A stretch of DNA of 64,000 nt from Pseudothermotoga sp. GTDB taxonomy: Bacteria; Thermotogota; Thermotogae; Thermotogales; DSM-5069. How positions within the stretch are numbered: position 1 is the stretch's first letter; each line of letters begins with the position of its first letter. Positions 48,939 through 59,799 of this stretch are shown one piece after another. Where the stretch lies: assembly GCA_031962025.1 (NCBI GenBank), contig JAVRKW010000003.1, one strand, 5' to 3'. The notes beneath the pieces are model-generated. The model did no database searches. It was not told the DNA's origin and saw only the letters and a program-made list of their open reading frames with translations. Made by a program: the position numbers and the translations under genes.

Positions 48939-49941
48939 GATCTTTGCACTTTCTTTTTTTGGAAAACTCTCGATCGAGCAGATTGAACAGGCTATTTTAA
49001 AATTCAGCCGTGTTGATGAAATACTGAAAGCAGATTTCATTCAAGGATATGAAAGATTCAAAGCACATTACGATGAAAAATTTCTATTTGATCAGGAAAA
49101 AAGAGCTGAAAAAATCGGTGCAAAGATAGTAGATTTCTGGAGTAAAGATTATCCTGAGCTTTTGAGACAGTCTATTTCTCCGCCTGCTGTTTTGTTCTGT
49201 CTTGGCGATGTGAGCCTATTGAACAGAACCTGCACAGCAGTTGTTGGCACAAGACGTGCAACCGGCTATGGGAAACTCGTGGTGAAAAAAATCGTACCTG
49301 ATATGGTACACGCAGATCTTGTAATAGTGAGCGGTATGGCATTTGGCATTGACAGCCTTGCTCATCAGAGTGCGATCGAGAACAACGGCAAGACAGTGGC
49401 TGTACTCGGAACCGGTGTAGATGTGTGTTATCCATCTTCTAACAAAAGACTCTACGGTGAAATACGCGAAAATGGGTGCATTGTCAGTGAATATCCTTTT
49501 GGTACAAAAGCGGCTAAGCAGAATTTTCCGGCAAGAAACAGGATAATTGCCGGTCTTTGCAGAGCAACAGTTGTCGTTGAAGCACCGCTGGACAGTGGAG
49601 CCATGATCACCGCACGATTGGCTGCAGAGATGGGAAGAGATGTCTTTGCAGTGCCGGCGGATATAGACAGAGAAATGAGCCAGGGATGTAACTGGCTTTT
49701 GAAAATGGGCGCAATCCCGCTGACTGATTCTTCCCAGATACTCGAATACTACGGGATAAAATCCACAAAAAACCAAGAGCAGGACGATTTTTTGAAAATT
49801 TTCAATCAGGGACCTTTGCTGGCAGAGCAGGTCGCAGATAAGATGAATTTAGAACTTTCACAGGTTCTGTCGAAATTGACGGAATACGAACTGAAAGGTC
49901 TGATCATGAAGTTGCCAACTGGGCATTACAATAGAGTTTAG
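48925..49941 (+). CDS. dprA: DNA-processing protein DprA
   Basis: [42 protein letters not shown] and GRDVFAVP. Confidence 0.95.
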   Translation: MNPIEIFALSFFGKLSIEQIEQAILKFSRVDEILKADFIQGYERFKAHYDEKFLFDQEKRAEKIGAKIVDFWSKDYPELLRQSISPPAVLFCLGDVSLLNRTCTAVVGTRRATGYGKLVVKKIVPDMVHADLVIVSGMAFGIDSLAHQSAIENNGKTVAVLGTGVDVCYPSSNKRLYGEIRENGCIVSEYPFGTKAAKQNFPARNRIIAGLCRATVVVEAPLDSGAMITARLAAEMGRDVFAVPADIDREMSQGCNWLLKMGAIPLTDSSQILEYYGIKSTKNQEQDDFLKIFNQGPLLAEQVADKMNLELSQVLSKLTEYELKGLIMKLPTGHYNRV

Positions 49942-49954
49942 AGGAGGGAATTCT

Positions 49955-51172
49955 GTGAAGATACTGGTCGTTAATTGTGGTAGCTCATCGGTGAAGTATC
50001 AATTTATCGACATGGAAGGTGAAAAAGTTCTCTGTAAGGGTCTTGCTGAAAGAGTCGGCATCGAAGGCAGCAGACTTGTTCATCGGGTCAACACAGACAA
50101 GCACGTGATAGAAAGACCCATGAAGGATCATGAACAGGCACTGAAGCTGATATTGGAAGTGTTGCTCGATCCAGAAATAGGAGTCATAAAGGATCTATCG
50201 GAAATTTCTGCTGTTGGTCACAGAGTTGTTCACGGTGCTGAGCGTTTTGCAAGCTCTGTTTTGATCGACGAAGAAGTTATGAAGGTGCTTGAAGAAAATG
50301 TCCACCTTGCGCCCCTTCACAACCCGCCAAATATCATGGGAATTCGAGCTGTTCAGAAACTCCTTCCAAATGTTCCAAATGTGGGAGTTTTTGATACGGC
50401 TTTTCATCAGTCTATGCCGAAAAAGGCTTTCCTGTACCCGATACCGTATGAGTTCTACGAGAAGCACAGAATCAGGAGATACGGTTTCCACGGCACCAGC
50501 CACAGATATGTTTCAAAAAGGGCAGCCGAAATACTTGGAAGGGATTATTACGATTTCAAGGTGATAACATGCCATCTGGGTAATGGTGCTTCAATAGCAG
50601 CAGTAAGGCATGGCAGATCCATAGATACGTCAATGGGTTTCACTCCGCTGGAAGGCATTGTTATGGGTACAAGGTCTGGAGATATCGACCCTGCAATAGT
50701 CATCTATATGCAGCAAAATCTGGGAATATCCGTGGACAAGGTCTATGATATTCTCAACAAAAAAAGCGGTGTACTTGGATTATCTCAATTGAGTTCTGAT
50801 ATGAGAGACATTGAAGATGCGGCTCTTGCAGGAAATGAGATGGCTCAACTTGCTCTTGATATATACGTCTACAGGATAGCAAAATACATAGGTGCATACA
50901 CTGCGGCAATGAACGGTGTTGATGCAATAGTCTTCACAGCTGGTGTTGGAGAAAATTCACCATACGTCCGTGAAAAAGTCTGTGAGTACCTGGGATTTTT
51001 GGGAATCAAAATAGACAAAAATCTCAACCAGGTCAAAGGAGTAGAGAGAATTATCAGTACGCCAGATTCAAAAGTAGCCGTTTTAATAGTGCCAACCGAT
51101 GAAGAAATGGTGATTGCCAGAGACACAAAGCAGATAGTTGAAAGTGGAATAAAAGAGCTCAGGCTCTTTTGA
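49955..51172 (+). CDS. ackA: acetate kinase
   Basis: [46 protein letters not shown] and FTAGVGEN. Confidence 0.97.
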   Translation: MKILVVNCGSSSVKYQFIDMEGEKVLCKGLAERVGIEGSRLVHRVNTDKHVIERPMKDHEQALKLILEVLLDPEIGVIKDLSEISAVGHRVVHGAERFASSVLIDEEVMKVLEENVHLAPLHNPPNIMGIRAVQKLLPNVPNVGVFDTAFHQSMPKKAFLYPIPYEFYEKHRIRRYGFHGTSHRYVSKRAAEILGRDYYDFKVITCHLGNGASIAAVRHGRSIDTSMGFTPLEGIVMGTRSGDIDPAIVIYMQQNLGISVDKVYDILNKKSGVLGLSQLSSDMRDIEDAALAGNEMAQLALDIYVYRIAKYIGAYTAAMNGVDAIVFTAGVGENSPYVREKVCEYLGFLGIKIDKNLNQVKGVERIISTPDSKVAVLIVPTDEEMVIARDTKQIVESGIKELRLF

Positions 51173-51845
51173 GAAATAATGGGGGCTCGATGACAAGTCC
51201 GATGCCCCCATTTTTCACACCTTTTATCAGCACGAATTGTGCATTATTTCTTGAATTCCCATAGACCGGCATGATCTTTTTTGGCTGAAGTCTTTTCTTC
51301 ACAAATTCTGTCAACCAGAAACTCAGGTGATTTGGTGGAAGGATGTACACAAAAATCCCTCTGTTTTTGAGAAGATAAGCCGTCGCATTTATGAATTCAA
51401 TCGCAGTTTGAAAATCAGCAGTTCTGGTGACTCTTCTAAGCAAATCTGGGCTTGGAACATTTGTCAGATGGTGTGGAGGATTTGCAACCACCATGTCAAA
51501 AGACTCTTTTTGAAAAAAATCTCGTACCTGTGAGCAAGCAATGTTATAAACTGCCATATTTGTCAAATTGTTCATTTCAATTGTTTTCTGGGCGGCTCTG
51601 AAAAGAAATTCATCTTTCTCTATACCAATGGTACTGATTTTGTATGTCATGGCAAGATATGCACATACAGCCCCTGTGGCACAGCCCAGTTCCACCAGTT
51701 TCTTCTGTGACTTAGCCGGTCTGGCATACCATGCCAGCAATGTAGTTGCATGTGTTGGACGATATGACCTGCCTGTATCCGGCAGCTTAACGATCCTCAA
51801 AAGATCCTCGTCAAACTCACATACTGAGGATTTCTGATTTACCAA
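51159..51845 (-). CDS. SAM-dependent methyltransferase, tRNA1(Val) m6A37 (TrmN6/YfiC)-like
   Basis: [10 protein letters not shown] (motif I), GIE and [10 protein letters not shown] (NPPY-like). The ORF track labels it + but the protein reads from the reverse complement (TTG GTA AAT CAG from 51845; TGA at 51159-51161). Confidence 0.85.
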   Translation of the reverse strand: MVNQKSSVCEFDEDLLRIVKLPDTGRSYRPTHATTLLAWYARPAKSQKKLVELGCATGAVCAYLAMTYKISTIGIEKDEFLFRAAQKTIEMNNLTNMAVYNIACSQVRDFFQKESFDMVVANPPHHLTNVPSPDLLRRVTRTADFQTAIEFINATAYLLKNRGIFVYILPPNHLSFWLTEFVKKRLQPKKIMPVYGNSRNNAQFVLIKGVKNGGIGLVIEPPLFLKRA

Positions 51846-53391
51846 CCTTGACTACCTCTCCTAAGATTTTGGTTTTCACAAGTCTGACCCTTGAATCCTT
51901 GGCATAAATCGCCGTTGAAGAAGATAGATCATTTGCAAAGCTGTCAAAGACAGAATAACCAGACAGAGTGACGGCAATATCACCGTTCAGTTGAGTGCTT
52001 CTGAGCCTCAAAACCGAATAGTCCTGTATCTGTGCACATTTACTGCCAGAAATCCAGCTATCGATGAATTCAACAACAGAAAAATTGCTGATAAGGACGG
52101 TGGTATCGCTGGAATAAAGTGATGTGGAATAAAATCTTCCATTTGAAAAGCTTGACACATTAAGCTGGTTTATCTTCGAATCTGTTACCAGAAACCTGCC
52201 CACATTCCTGATGGTTAATTTACTCACTTCACACAGGTTAATCCAGATCTTCTCAGAATTTGTCAGTTCGAGTTCTTTTGCCCTCACGTTTTTGAATGAA
52301 ATGGCAGCCGCTCGAACCACCGAAAGGTTCACCTTTGAAAGATCAAGATCTGAAAGCCAGACGATGCAGGAACCTGAGATAGATAGACTGGTTTCAAGTT
52401 TTGCACCGATTGCTGCAAATCTTCCATCGTCGGCTATGGTTAATCTGCCCTGTCCTGTGATCTTCGTTCCCGCTTCGGCTATGAGAGTACCTTTCACTAT
52501 TACTTCACAACCCTGTGGGATTTTCAACACGGCATTTTGTTTCAGAACGACCGTTTCAGATGAAGGTATGACCAGTTTGCCGAAAACGGTATATTCCGCC
52601 GACGCCATTAGACCACTTTTCAGTGTGATCAAATTCCCGTTGACGATTTTTTCAAGCGCTCCAGGTGAATAGTTCAGAACAGGAAAACTCTCATTTCCCG
52701 CACCATCGACATCGCAGACAAAGTAAAAATCTTTTTTAAACACTTCTTGTTTGAAATCGCTCTGTAACAGTTGGCTGTTTTCGATGTAGTAAGCACGGTG
52801 AGTCCTTTGTGAAATGATCTTGCCAAGGCTGATCGAAGGAGGAGCTGGGATCTGTGGTACGACCGTGAATCTGTAAGTTCTGTCGACGACATTTGAAGCA
52901 CTGTCACGACAAACTACCCGGAGCTTGTGCTCTCCGGAATGAAGTAAAAAAGTATCGACGACGATGGAATTGTTTTTGAATCCATCAAAGAGTTTGCCGT
53001 CTATGTAGGTTCTTATCGTCAATCTGTCCACTTGATCCCAGTCGTCTGATATATAGACTGGGAGCTCGATCTTGCAAGCTGGAAGATAGGTTGGAACATT
53101 CAGAGTCATCTTGGGTGCGATATCCTTACTTGCGTTTATCTTAAGTGTTATCGGTTCTTTTTCCTGTCCATTGATCGTGGGTATGATCTTTAAAATCGCA
53201 TCTGAATTTTTCTGCCACGGTATTTTGATGTCTTTTGGGTCGACGCTGAAGCTGATCTGGTCAATGATAACCTTTGCAGAATCGTATTCTTCCAGACCTT
53301 TTATTATGAGATTGGCATTCTCAAAGTGGTAACTTACCGCTCCAAATAACAGAGAATGAATCAATAAAAGAACAAGGACCAGCCTATTCAC
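51817..53391 (-). CDS. secreted protein with Ig-like domain and beta-helix-like C-terminus
   Basis: Signal peptide; SGEHKLRVVCRDSASN Ig-like strand motif; Ser/Ile/Asn-rich repetitive beta-strand C-terminal half. Confidence 0.65.
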   Translation of the reverse strand: MNRLVLVLLLIHSLLFGAVSYHFENANLIIKGLEEYDSAKVIIDQISFSVDPKDIKIPWQKNSDAILKIIPTINGQEKEPITLKINASKDIAPKMTLNVPTYLPACKIELPVYISDDWDQVDRLTIRTYIDGKLFDGFKNNSIVVDTFLLHSGEHKLRVVCRDSASNVVDRTYRFTVVPQIPAPPSISLGKIISQRTHRAYYIENSQLLQSDFKQEVFKKDFYFVCDVDGAGNESFPVLNYSPGALEKIVNGNLITLKSGLMASAEYTVFGKLVIPSSETVVLKQNAVLKIPQGCEVIVKGTLIAEAGTKITGQGRLTIADDGRFAAIGAKLETSLSISGSCIVWLSDLDLSKVNLSVVRAAAISFKNVRAKELELTNSEKIWINLCEVSKLTIRNVGRFLVTDSKINQLNVSSFSNGRFYSTSLYSSDTTVLISNFSVVEFIDSWISGSKCAQIQDYSVLRLRSTQLNGDIAVTLSGYSVFDSFANDLSSSTAIYAKDSRVRLVKTKILGEVVKVGKSEILSM

Positions 53392-55114
53392 ACTCGAGCT
53401 CCTCCTCGATCATCTGCTTTTTGAACATTCTGGCGTACATCCCGTCGATTTCCATCAATTGCTCGTGATTGCCCTTTTCGACTATTTCACCTTCATTCAG
53501 AACAATGATGATGTCGGCATCTTTGAGTACTTTGAGCCTGTGGGTGATCACGATCATCGTCTTTTCCCTGTAGTTTTTCCTGAGCGCGCTGATGATCTTT
53601 TCCTCTGTTTCTGGATCCACTGCCGACAGACAGTCGTCGAATATCAAAAGATCTCTTTCGGTGTAAAGTGCCCTTGCTATTGTTACGCGCTGTTTCTGCC
53701 CGCCGGAGAGCGTCACGCCTCTTTCTCCGACGACTGTTTCATAACCATGGGAGAACTTTTCTATCTCATCGTGAACAGACGCGAGTTTTGCGTACTGCAC
53801 CACCTTTTCACGGTGAATTTCTTCCTGTGCAAAGGCAATGTTTTTTTGAATCTGATCGGAGAAAAGGAAGGACTCCTGCGGTACAAAGGCTATGAGCTCT
53901 CTTACATTTTTCGATGAGATGTCGTTTATATCAACGCCGTTGATGAATATCCTTCCCCTCTCAACAGGGTATAACTTGGTGAGCAACTTCACCAGTGTGG
54001 ATTTTCCGCTTCCAACAGTACCCACTATGCCAACCATGTCGCCCTTTTTGAAAGAAAAATTCACATTTTTGAGAACCTCTCTATTTGTATTCGGATAACA
54101 ATACGTCAGGTTTTTGAACTCAACATGTTCGATTTTTTCTATTTTCACCGGGTTTTCTGGCTCCTGTACCTGGGGCTTTTCATTCACTATTTGCATTAAT
54201 CTTTGATAAGACGCCCTGCCGCGTTGAATCATGTTCAAAACCCAGCCAAGAGCCATCATGGGCCAGGTGAGCATGCCAAGGTAGGAATTGAAAGCGACAA
54301 ACTCCCCGAGCGTAACAGTACCATTTATAACCATCTTCCCGCCAAAACTCAGTGCGAGTATCTGCGATGAAGCGGCAAAAAAGGTCATCAACGGGAAAAA
54401 CAGAGAAGAAACTCTTGCCAGAGACATTCCCGCCTGATAGTTCTTCCAAGATCTCTGGTTGAACAGTTGGTGTATTCTGTCGTTGGCAGAAAAGGATTTA
54501 ACAATTCTCACACCGGAAATGGTTTCTTCGGTGAGTTCGCTCAAGGAAGAATATTCTCTTTGAACATCCATGAACCTTTTGTGAATCATCCTGCCAAAAA
54601 ACAGAGCAATGAAGGCAAGCCCCGGCAATGGAATACAGCTGAGCCATGTCAGGCGCCAGCTAACAGTTGAGCCCATGAAAAACACAGTCATAACTGCCAT
54701 GAAAGTGGCATCAACCGACATCACAACCCCCTGTGCCAGCGCCATTCTGACAGCCTGTAAATCGTTGGTGAGTTTTGCCATCAAATCTCCACTTCGATTC
54801 TGGTCAAAATAGCCGGGTGTGAGAGACATGAGCTTTTCAAACAGAAAATTTCTTGAAACGTACTCAAACCTTCTTGAAGCACCTATGATGAAATATCTCC
54901 AGAAAAACCTCAAAATAGCCATTCCAATGGCTATTCCCATTATCCAGCTTATCATCAGCCATATATATCTTTGATCTGGCTTGGGTAATTTCAAATGGTC
55001 CACGACCTGACCTACCAGTTTTGGAATGAAAAGCTGTGAAAGATCAACCAGTACGAGTACAGAAATACCAAGCACATATCTATACCAGTGCTTTTTCAGG
55101 AACTCTTTGATCAC
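53384..55114 (-). CDS. ABC exporter half-transporter (MdlA/YheI-like, degenerate Walker B)
   Basis: Six-TM domain, GTVGSGKST, VGERGVTLSGGQKQR, LIFDDCLSAVD and ITHRL. Confidence 0.92.
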   Translation of the reverse strand: MIKEFLKKHWYRYVLGISVLVLVDLSQLFIPKLVGQVVDHLKLPKPDQRYIWLMISWIMGIAIGMAILRFFWRYFIIGASRRFEYVSRNFLFEKLMSLTPGYFDQNRSGDLMAKLTNDLQAVRMALAQGVVMSVDATFMAVMTVFFMGSTVSWRLTWLSCIPLPGLAFIALFFGRMIHKRFMDVQREYSSLSELTEETISGVRIVKSFSANDRIHQLFNQRSWKNYQAGMSLARVSSLFFPLMTFFAASSQILALSFGGKMVINGTVTLGEFVAFNSYLGMLTWPMMALGWVLNMIQRGRASYQRLMQIVNEKPQVQEPENPVKIEKIEHVEFKNLTYCYPNTNREVLKNVNFSFKKGDMVGIVGTVGSGKSTLVKLLTKLYPVERGRIFINGVDINDISSKNVRELIAFVPQESFLFSDQIQKNIAFAQEEIHREKVVQYAKLASVHDEIEKFSHGYETVVGERGVTLSGGQKQRVTIARALYTERDLLIFDDCLSAVDPETEEKIISALRKNYREKTMIVITHRLKVLKDADIIIVLNEGEIVEKGNHEQLMEIDGMYARMFKKQMIEEELECE

Positions 55115-55128
55115 TCACTTCACTTCCT

Positions 55129-56268
55129 TTACCTTCTTATGAATTTTTTTATCCTGTTTATACCTTCTTTGAGCAAATCTTCAGAAGTTGCGAAAGACAG
55201 TCTGACAAAACCCTGTGCATTGAAAGCCGAACCGGGTACGAGTGCAACGTGTTGATCGTTCAGCAATTTCATACAAAATTGCACATCGTCCTTTTCAAAT
55301 TCACTGACATCTATCAGTACGTAGAAGGCACCTTTTGGTTTGAAATAATTCAGTCCAAGTTCAGATAACATGGAACAGACAAGATCTCTTCTTTCTTTGA
55401 ACCTCTTTTTCATATAGGTTGTATCGACCTGAAAGGCTTTCAGTGCGGCATACTGAGTTATGCTGTTTATATTAGATGTTAAATGTCCCTGAACTTTGGC
55501 GGCCGCTTTGGCTATCTCATCTGGTGCAACCAGATATCCTATTCTCCAACCTGTCATCGAATGAGACTTGGAAAAGGCATTCACAAGGACTGTCCTATCA
55601 CCTTTGGATATACTGTATAAAGAAATGTGTTCTGTATCATACACCAAAGGCTCGTAAACTTCATCACTTATGATCAAAAGATCGTATTTACTGGCTATTT
55701 CGTATATTCCATAAAGAGTTTTTTCATCGTAAACTGCTCCAGTCGGGTTGTTTGGACTGTTGACAATTATGGCTTTTGTCGATTTACTGATGGCTTTTTC
55801 TATTTCGCTCAGCCTGGGGACAAAACCTTCATGAAAATCGGTCTTTACATGAACTGCTTTTCCACCAAGCAGCATGACCATCGGCTCATAACTGACCCAG
55901 CACGGATCGATGATGATCACTTCATCGGATTGGTTCACCACAGTTGCAAGTGCGTTGAAAATAGCCTGTTTTCCACCGTTGCTCACAACAACCTGTTTTG
56001 CAGTACACGGTACGTTGAATCTCTCTTGGATGTGCTTTGCTATCATTTCCCTAAGTTCAGGGATTCCAGAAGAATCTGTGTATTTTGTGAATCCCATCCT
56101 CAATGCCTGTATGGCAGCATCGATTATGGGATCTGGTGTTGGAAAATCTGGTTCACCCGCAGTCAGGTTCACTACATCGATGCCTTTTCTTTTGAGCTCC
56201 TGCGCAAGTGCATTCACTTCGAGAGTTTTTGAAGCAGGTATACAGGATACATTTGTTGCTATACGCAT
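55129..56268 (-). CDS. aspC: PLP-dependent class I aminotransferase (aspartate aminotransferase-like)
   Basis: AGEPDFPTP, NSPNNPTG, ISDEVY and FSKSHSMTGWRIGY; GGAGG SD before ATG 56268. Confidence 0.88.
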   Translation of the reverse strand: MRIATNVSCIPASKTLEVNALAQELKRKGIDVVNLTAGEPDFPTPDPIIDAAIQALRMGFTKYTDSSGIPELREMIAKHIQERFNVPCTAKQVVVSNGGKQAIFNALATVVNQSDEVIIIDPCWVSYEPMVMLLGGKAVHVKTDFHEGFVPRLSEIEKAISKSTKAIIVNSPNNPTGAVYDEKTLYGIYEIASKYDLLIISDEVYEPLVYDTEHISLYSISKGDRTVLVNAFSKSHSMTGWRIGYLVAPDEIAKAAAKVQGHLTSNINSITQYAALKAFQVDTTYMKKRFKERRDLVCSMLSELGLNYFKPKGAFYVLIDVSEFEKDDVQFCMKLLNDQHVALVPGSAFNAQGFVRLSFATSEDLLKEGINRIKKFIRR

Positions 56269-56332
56269 GGATAAAACCTCCCATCTTTGTTCTTGTGACA
56301 AATGATATTATATACTACAGAGGTGGATTATC

Positions 56333-57043
56333 TTGCCATCTTTTGAGCAGTTGATAGAAAATGCAAATCAATATCTGTGGCTTTTACTGGCAAGCTGGTA
56401 TGTTATCATACCGATCTGTGTTTTTTTGATCTTTGCCGCAAAGTATGTGGAAAAAATCTCCGTGAGCCTGTTTGGTTTTCTTCTGGGTGGATTTGTCGTC
56501 TATCCCATGCTCTGTGACAGATTCGAGAAGTTCCGTGAATGGGTAACTGGATCGGAAATGACCCAGTATCTTGCTTTTTTTGTCATCGGGATACTGTGTG
56601 CTATAGCTCTGTATGTTTTATTCAAGGTCTTTGTATTCCTGGTCGGTTTTTTTGCCGCTGCAGGAGTGGTTTATTATCTTGTGGATTTTCTGATCAAGAG
56701 ATTTGACATACTGCCAAAAACGAATGAATTTATTCAGAACAACTGGTTTGTGATACTGCTCGGCATCTGTGCTCTTGCAGGGATTATAAGCGGTTTTTTT
56801 GCCGTCAAAAAGAGTTCTTCAGTTATCGCAGTACTCAGTCTTCTGGCTGCCTCTGTGATTCTTTCAATTGAAATGATTGGATGGATTTACTTTTTATTTT
56901 CAAAAGACCAGCAAAAAACCAGCGAACTTTTTTCTACCACAGCCGGGCTTGTTGTACTGTTCATGCTCTCACTGGTCATATTCATCTGTGGAATTTATCT
57001 GAACTTCTCAAGAAAAAAGCGCCAGAAGGTCCAGACTGATTAA
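56333..57043 (+). CDS. polytopic membrane protein
   Basis: About 7 hydrophobic segments; GAGGTGG SD before TTG. Confidence 0.75.
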   Translation: MPSFEQLIENANQYLWLLLASWYVIIPICVFLIFAAKYVEKISVSLFGFLLGGFVVYPMLCDRFEKFREWVTGSEMTQYLAFFVIGILCAIALYVLFKVFVFLVGFFAAAGVVYYLVDFLIKRFDILPKTNEFIQNNWFVILLGICALAGIISGFFAVKKSSSVIAVLSLLAASVILSIEMIGWIYFLFSKDQQKTSELFSTTAGLVVLFMLSLVIFICGIYLNFSRKKRQKVQTD

Positions 57044-57045
57044 TT

Positions 57046-57708
57046 TTATTTGACAAGCAACACTCTGAACACACCTTCATCTAAAAGTCGCTGAGCCAAC
57101 TGCTCATCTTGCACGACATAAACCCTGTACGGATCTATATTCTTGGGCAGTTCATCGATTTTCGTTGAGTTTGGATCGTTATTCAATACATACTCAGCCT
57201 GCTCTTTGTTCACCGTTACGATCTTTTTCTCTCCTTGAAAATCGTCTTTTCTCTTCACATACTGCTGAAAATCTTCGGTCAGCTCCTGATAAACATACCT
57301 GAGCACCTGAGCAAAGGTCTGTGCCGGAGCATATCCGGGCAGATAAACCATGGGTGTTGCCTGACTTGTGAAAAACCACGTGATGGGTACGCTGTTTATT
57401 TGAAAAGCAGCAAAAAGTTCAGAATAGCTCATCGATTTACCGAAAGCTGTGGTTTTTTTGTTGTAATCGAACATGGCTTCGGCAAAGATGTAATTTGCGA
57501 GTATTAATTTTTTCACAGATGGATCTGTCAGTGTTTCACTCTTCAACTTTGCACAGTAAGGGCATGTCTGTGTGGTAAACACTATTGCAAGCTTTTTGTT
57601 TTCTATTTTTGCCAAATTCACTGCCACATCCAGATCTTTGAAAAGAATCGATTCTGCCATGATCAAGGTTGAAAGGATCAGACCAAAAAGTACCAGACTT
57701 TTTTTCAT
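57046..57708 (-). CDS. exported thioredoxin-fold protein (SoxW-like)
   Basis: Signal peptide MKKSLVLFG.., CPYC active site and cis-Pro loop INSVP; GAGGTG SD before ATG 57708. Confidence 0.85.
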   Translation of the reverse strand: MKKSLVLFGLILSTLIMAESILFKDLDVAVNLAKIENKKLAIVFTTQTCPYCAKLKSETLTDPSVKKLILANYIFAEAMFDYNKKTTAFGKSMSYSELFAAFQINSVPITWFFTSQATPMVYLPGYAPAQTFAQVLRYVYQELTEDFQQYVKRKDDFQGEKKIVTVNKEQAEYVLNNDPNSTKIDELPKNIDPYRVYVVQDEQLAQRLLDEGVFRVLLVK

Positions 57709-57722
57709 ACCATCACCTCTTT

Positions 57723-58373
57723 CTATACGAAAATTTTTCCTGCCAATACCAGTATTCCAACTATAAAGAGCAATGCCACAGAAGTGTACCTGAGAATTTT
57801 TTCGAAAGCGGGTTTTTTGAAGCTGACTTTTGTGAAAATCCTTGAGGCTATCTGCCCTATAGACAAAAACGGTATGGATATCCCTGAAGAATACACAAAG
57901 AGCATCATGGCACCTTTCAGCACACTTCCTTTTGTGGAAGCAATCGCCAGTATCGCCGCAAGCACTGGACTTGTGCATGGAATCCAGACAAGACCTATTC
58001 CAGCTCCTATGATGATGCCGGAAAAAAGATTGCCCGATTTGAAGCGATAGAAGTTGAAGGATCTGACTTTGAAGATCTGAATCTCAAGCAAAAAAAGGAC
58101 TGCCATCAGCAAAATCAGAGAACCAGCCACATAACGCATCACCAATCGATTCACCAGAACACCGATTGAACCTGACAATGCACCGAGTGCAGAAAAAGTT
58201 GCCGAAAAACCGATGAAAAAACCTGCAATCCTCAAAAAAGATCTGATCCCTTTTTCAGAGATCAAAAGAGCCATAAATGATGGAACCAAAGGTATCACAC
58301 ACGGACTGAAAAAAGATATAATGCCGTACAAAAAAGCCGTGAGAATGTCAACCTGAGTCAGAGAAATCGCCAT
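57723..58373 (-). CDS. ccdA: CcdA / DsbD transmembrane electron transporter
   Basis: SFFSPCVIPLVP, WIPCTSPVLAAIL and YSSGISIPF. Confidence 0.9.
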   Translation of the reverse strand: MAISLTQVDILTAFLYGIISFFSPCVIPLVPSFMALLISEKGIRSFLRIAGFFIGFSATFSALGALSGSIGVLVNRLVMRYVAGSLILLMAVLFLLEIQIFKVRSFNFYRFKSGNLFSGIIIGAGIGLVWIPCTSPVLAAILAIASTKGSVLKGAMMLFVYSSGISIPFLSIGQIASRIFTKVSFKKPAFEKILRYTSVALLFIVGILVLAGKIFV

Positions 58374-58407
58374 AAAAAACCTCCAAATTCAGACTGTATT
58401 TGTCTAC

Positions 58408-58435
58408 ATTATACCACATCTGTTTCTTTAAACAA
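58408..58435 (-). promoter_or_regulatory. sigma70-type promoter candidate for ccdA
   Basis: Minus strand TTGTTT-N16-TATAAT with TGn. Confidence 0.5.
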
Positions 58436-58512
58436 TCTGGCATTTTTGATTGTCTAAAAAATAGTTGCTGTGGTAATATAGTACAAGAAAACACAGGATG
58501 GAGGTGGAATTC

Positions 58513-59718
58513 ATGAAAAAGATTCTTCTGGTGGTTGTGTTAACTGTTTGTGCCTTTGTTTATGCACAGAGTTTTTCAGATGTTCCAGTGAATCACTGGG
58601 CATATGAAGCTGTAACAACACTTTCCAAGCTGGGGATAATATCGGGAATGCCAGACGGTACCTTTCAGGGTAACAATCCAATGACACGGTATCAGGTTGC
58701 AGTTTCATTGAAGAAGTTTTTGGATTACCTCACACAGCAAATCGACAAAGCCATGTCCGCAGGCGATCTGCAGAACATGGTTAAAAGACTCTCTACAGTG
58801 GAAGACATGCTCAGCACGGCTTTGACAAAAGTTCAAAAGAACGGTGAACAAATTGACGCAACCGATCAAACTTTACAAACAGTGCTTGCCGAGATCTCCA
58901 ATTTGAAATCAACGATTGTGGACATCGCTCAGGTCAAAAAAGATATGCCAACGATGATCGCCGCATCTGAAAACAAAATGATGACCATGTACAACCAGCT
59001 TTCCGCAAAGGTTTCAGCCGTTGAAAAAAGCGTATCTGATCTTCAAGCTCAAATCTCTTCGCAGGTTCTCGCACAGCTGAAAGGTAACATAGATGCAGTC
59101 AACGCAAATCTTTCTTCTGTTTCGAGCAAGGTCGATTCACTATCCACGAGAATCGACACAGTCGCAAAATCAGTTGATCAAATCAAGACAGACACCGCTG
59201 CACTGAGCAAGAGGATCGATGCAGTTGAAAGCAACATACAAACACTTCTCACACTGAAAAAGAGCTTCACAGATATCGAGTCAAGAGTTGCCGCGCTCGA
59301 ATCAAAACTCGCCAGTGATGTTGATTCTTTGAAAAAGGCACTCACCACTACTTCCAATCAGCTGGACGCAAGGCTTTCACTGGTTGAAGGTCAGGTCGCA
59401 TCCCTTGCAACAGATGTTGAAAAACTCAAGAAAGATGTGGCAGATGCAGCGCAGGCTGCGAAGAAAGTATCAGTTCTGGAAGGCAATGTTGGTACACTCG
59501 CAGGACAGGTGGTCTCTCTGAACCAGAAAGTGTCCCAGAACGAACAGGATATAGCATCGGTTAAAAAGACGGTGGACGGTAAACCGTGGAAAACCGATGT
59601 GGAAGCCGCCACAGTTCAATTCTCAAAGAAAATCGATGAGGTTTACAACATGGCTCTCATAGGTGTCATCATCGGTGCGGCAGGTGCGGTGCTCGGATTG
59701 CTTGGGATGCTCTTCTAA
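58513..59718 (+). CDS. Omp-alpha-like toga protein (SLH domain, long coiled coil, C-terminal TM anchor)
   Basis: Signal peptide, FSDVPVNHWAY..GIISGMPDGTF..MTRYQVA SLH motif, heptad coiled coil and hydrophobic C-terminus; GGAGGTGG SD. Confidence 0.85.
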   Translation: MKKILLVVVLTVCAFVYAQSFSDVPVNHWAYEAVTTLSKLGIISGMPDGTFQGNNPMTRYQVAVSLKKFLDYLTQQIDKAMSAGDLQNMVKRLSTVEDMLSTALTKVQKNGEQIDATDQTLQTVLAEISNLKSTIVDIAQVKKDMPTMIAASENKMMTMYNQLSAKVSAVEKSVSDLQAQISSQVLAQLKGNIDAVNANLSSVSSKVDSLSTRIDTVAKSVDQIKTDTAALSKRIDAVESNIQTLLTLKKSFTDIESRVAALESKLASDVDSLKKALTTTSNQLDARLSLVEGQVASLATDVEKLKKDVADAAQAAKKVSVLEGNVGTLAGQVVSLNQKVSQNEQDIASVKKTVDGKPWKTDVEAATVQFSKKIDEVYNMALIGVIIGAAGAVLGLLGMLF

Positions 59719-59742
59719 AAGAAAAATTGGTCTGTTTTAATA

Positions 59743-59770
59743 AAGGACCCCTGGTGGGGTCCTTATTTTT
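59743..59770 (+). terminator. intrinsic terminator
   Basis: AAGGACCCC-TGGT-GGGGTCCTT followed by ATTTTT. Confidence 0.75.
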
Positions 59771-59799
59771 GTAGTAGGATATCCACAGGGGGTGTTTTT

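Noticed and set aside
51159..51845. ORF track entry marked as + strand
   Set aside because: The listed translation matches the reverse complement (TTG start at 51845, TGA at 51159-51161), so it is annotated on the minus strand
55627..56232. 201-aa + strand ORF
   Set aside because: Antisense shadow of the aminotransferase; other short overlapping track ORFs were dismissed for the same reason
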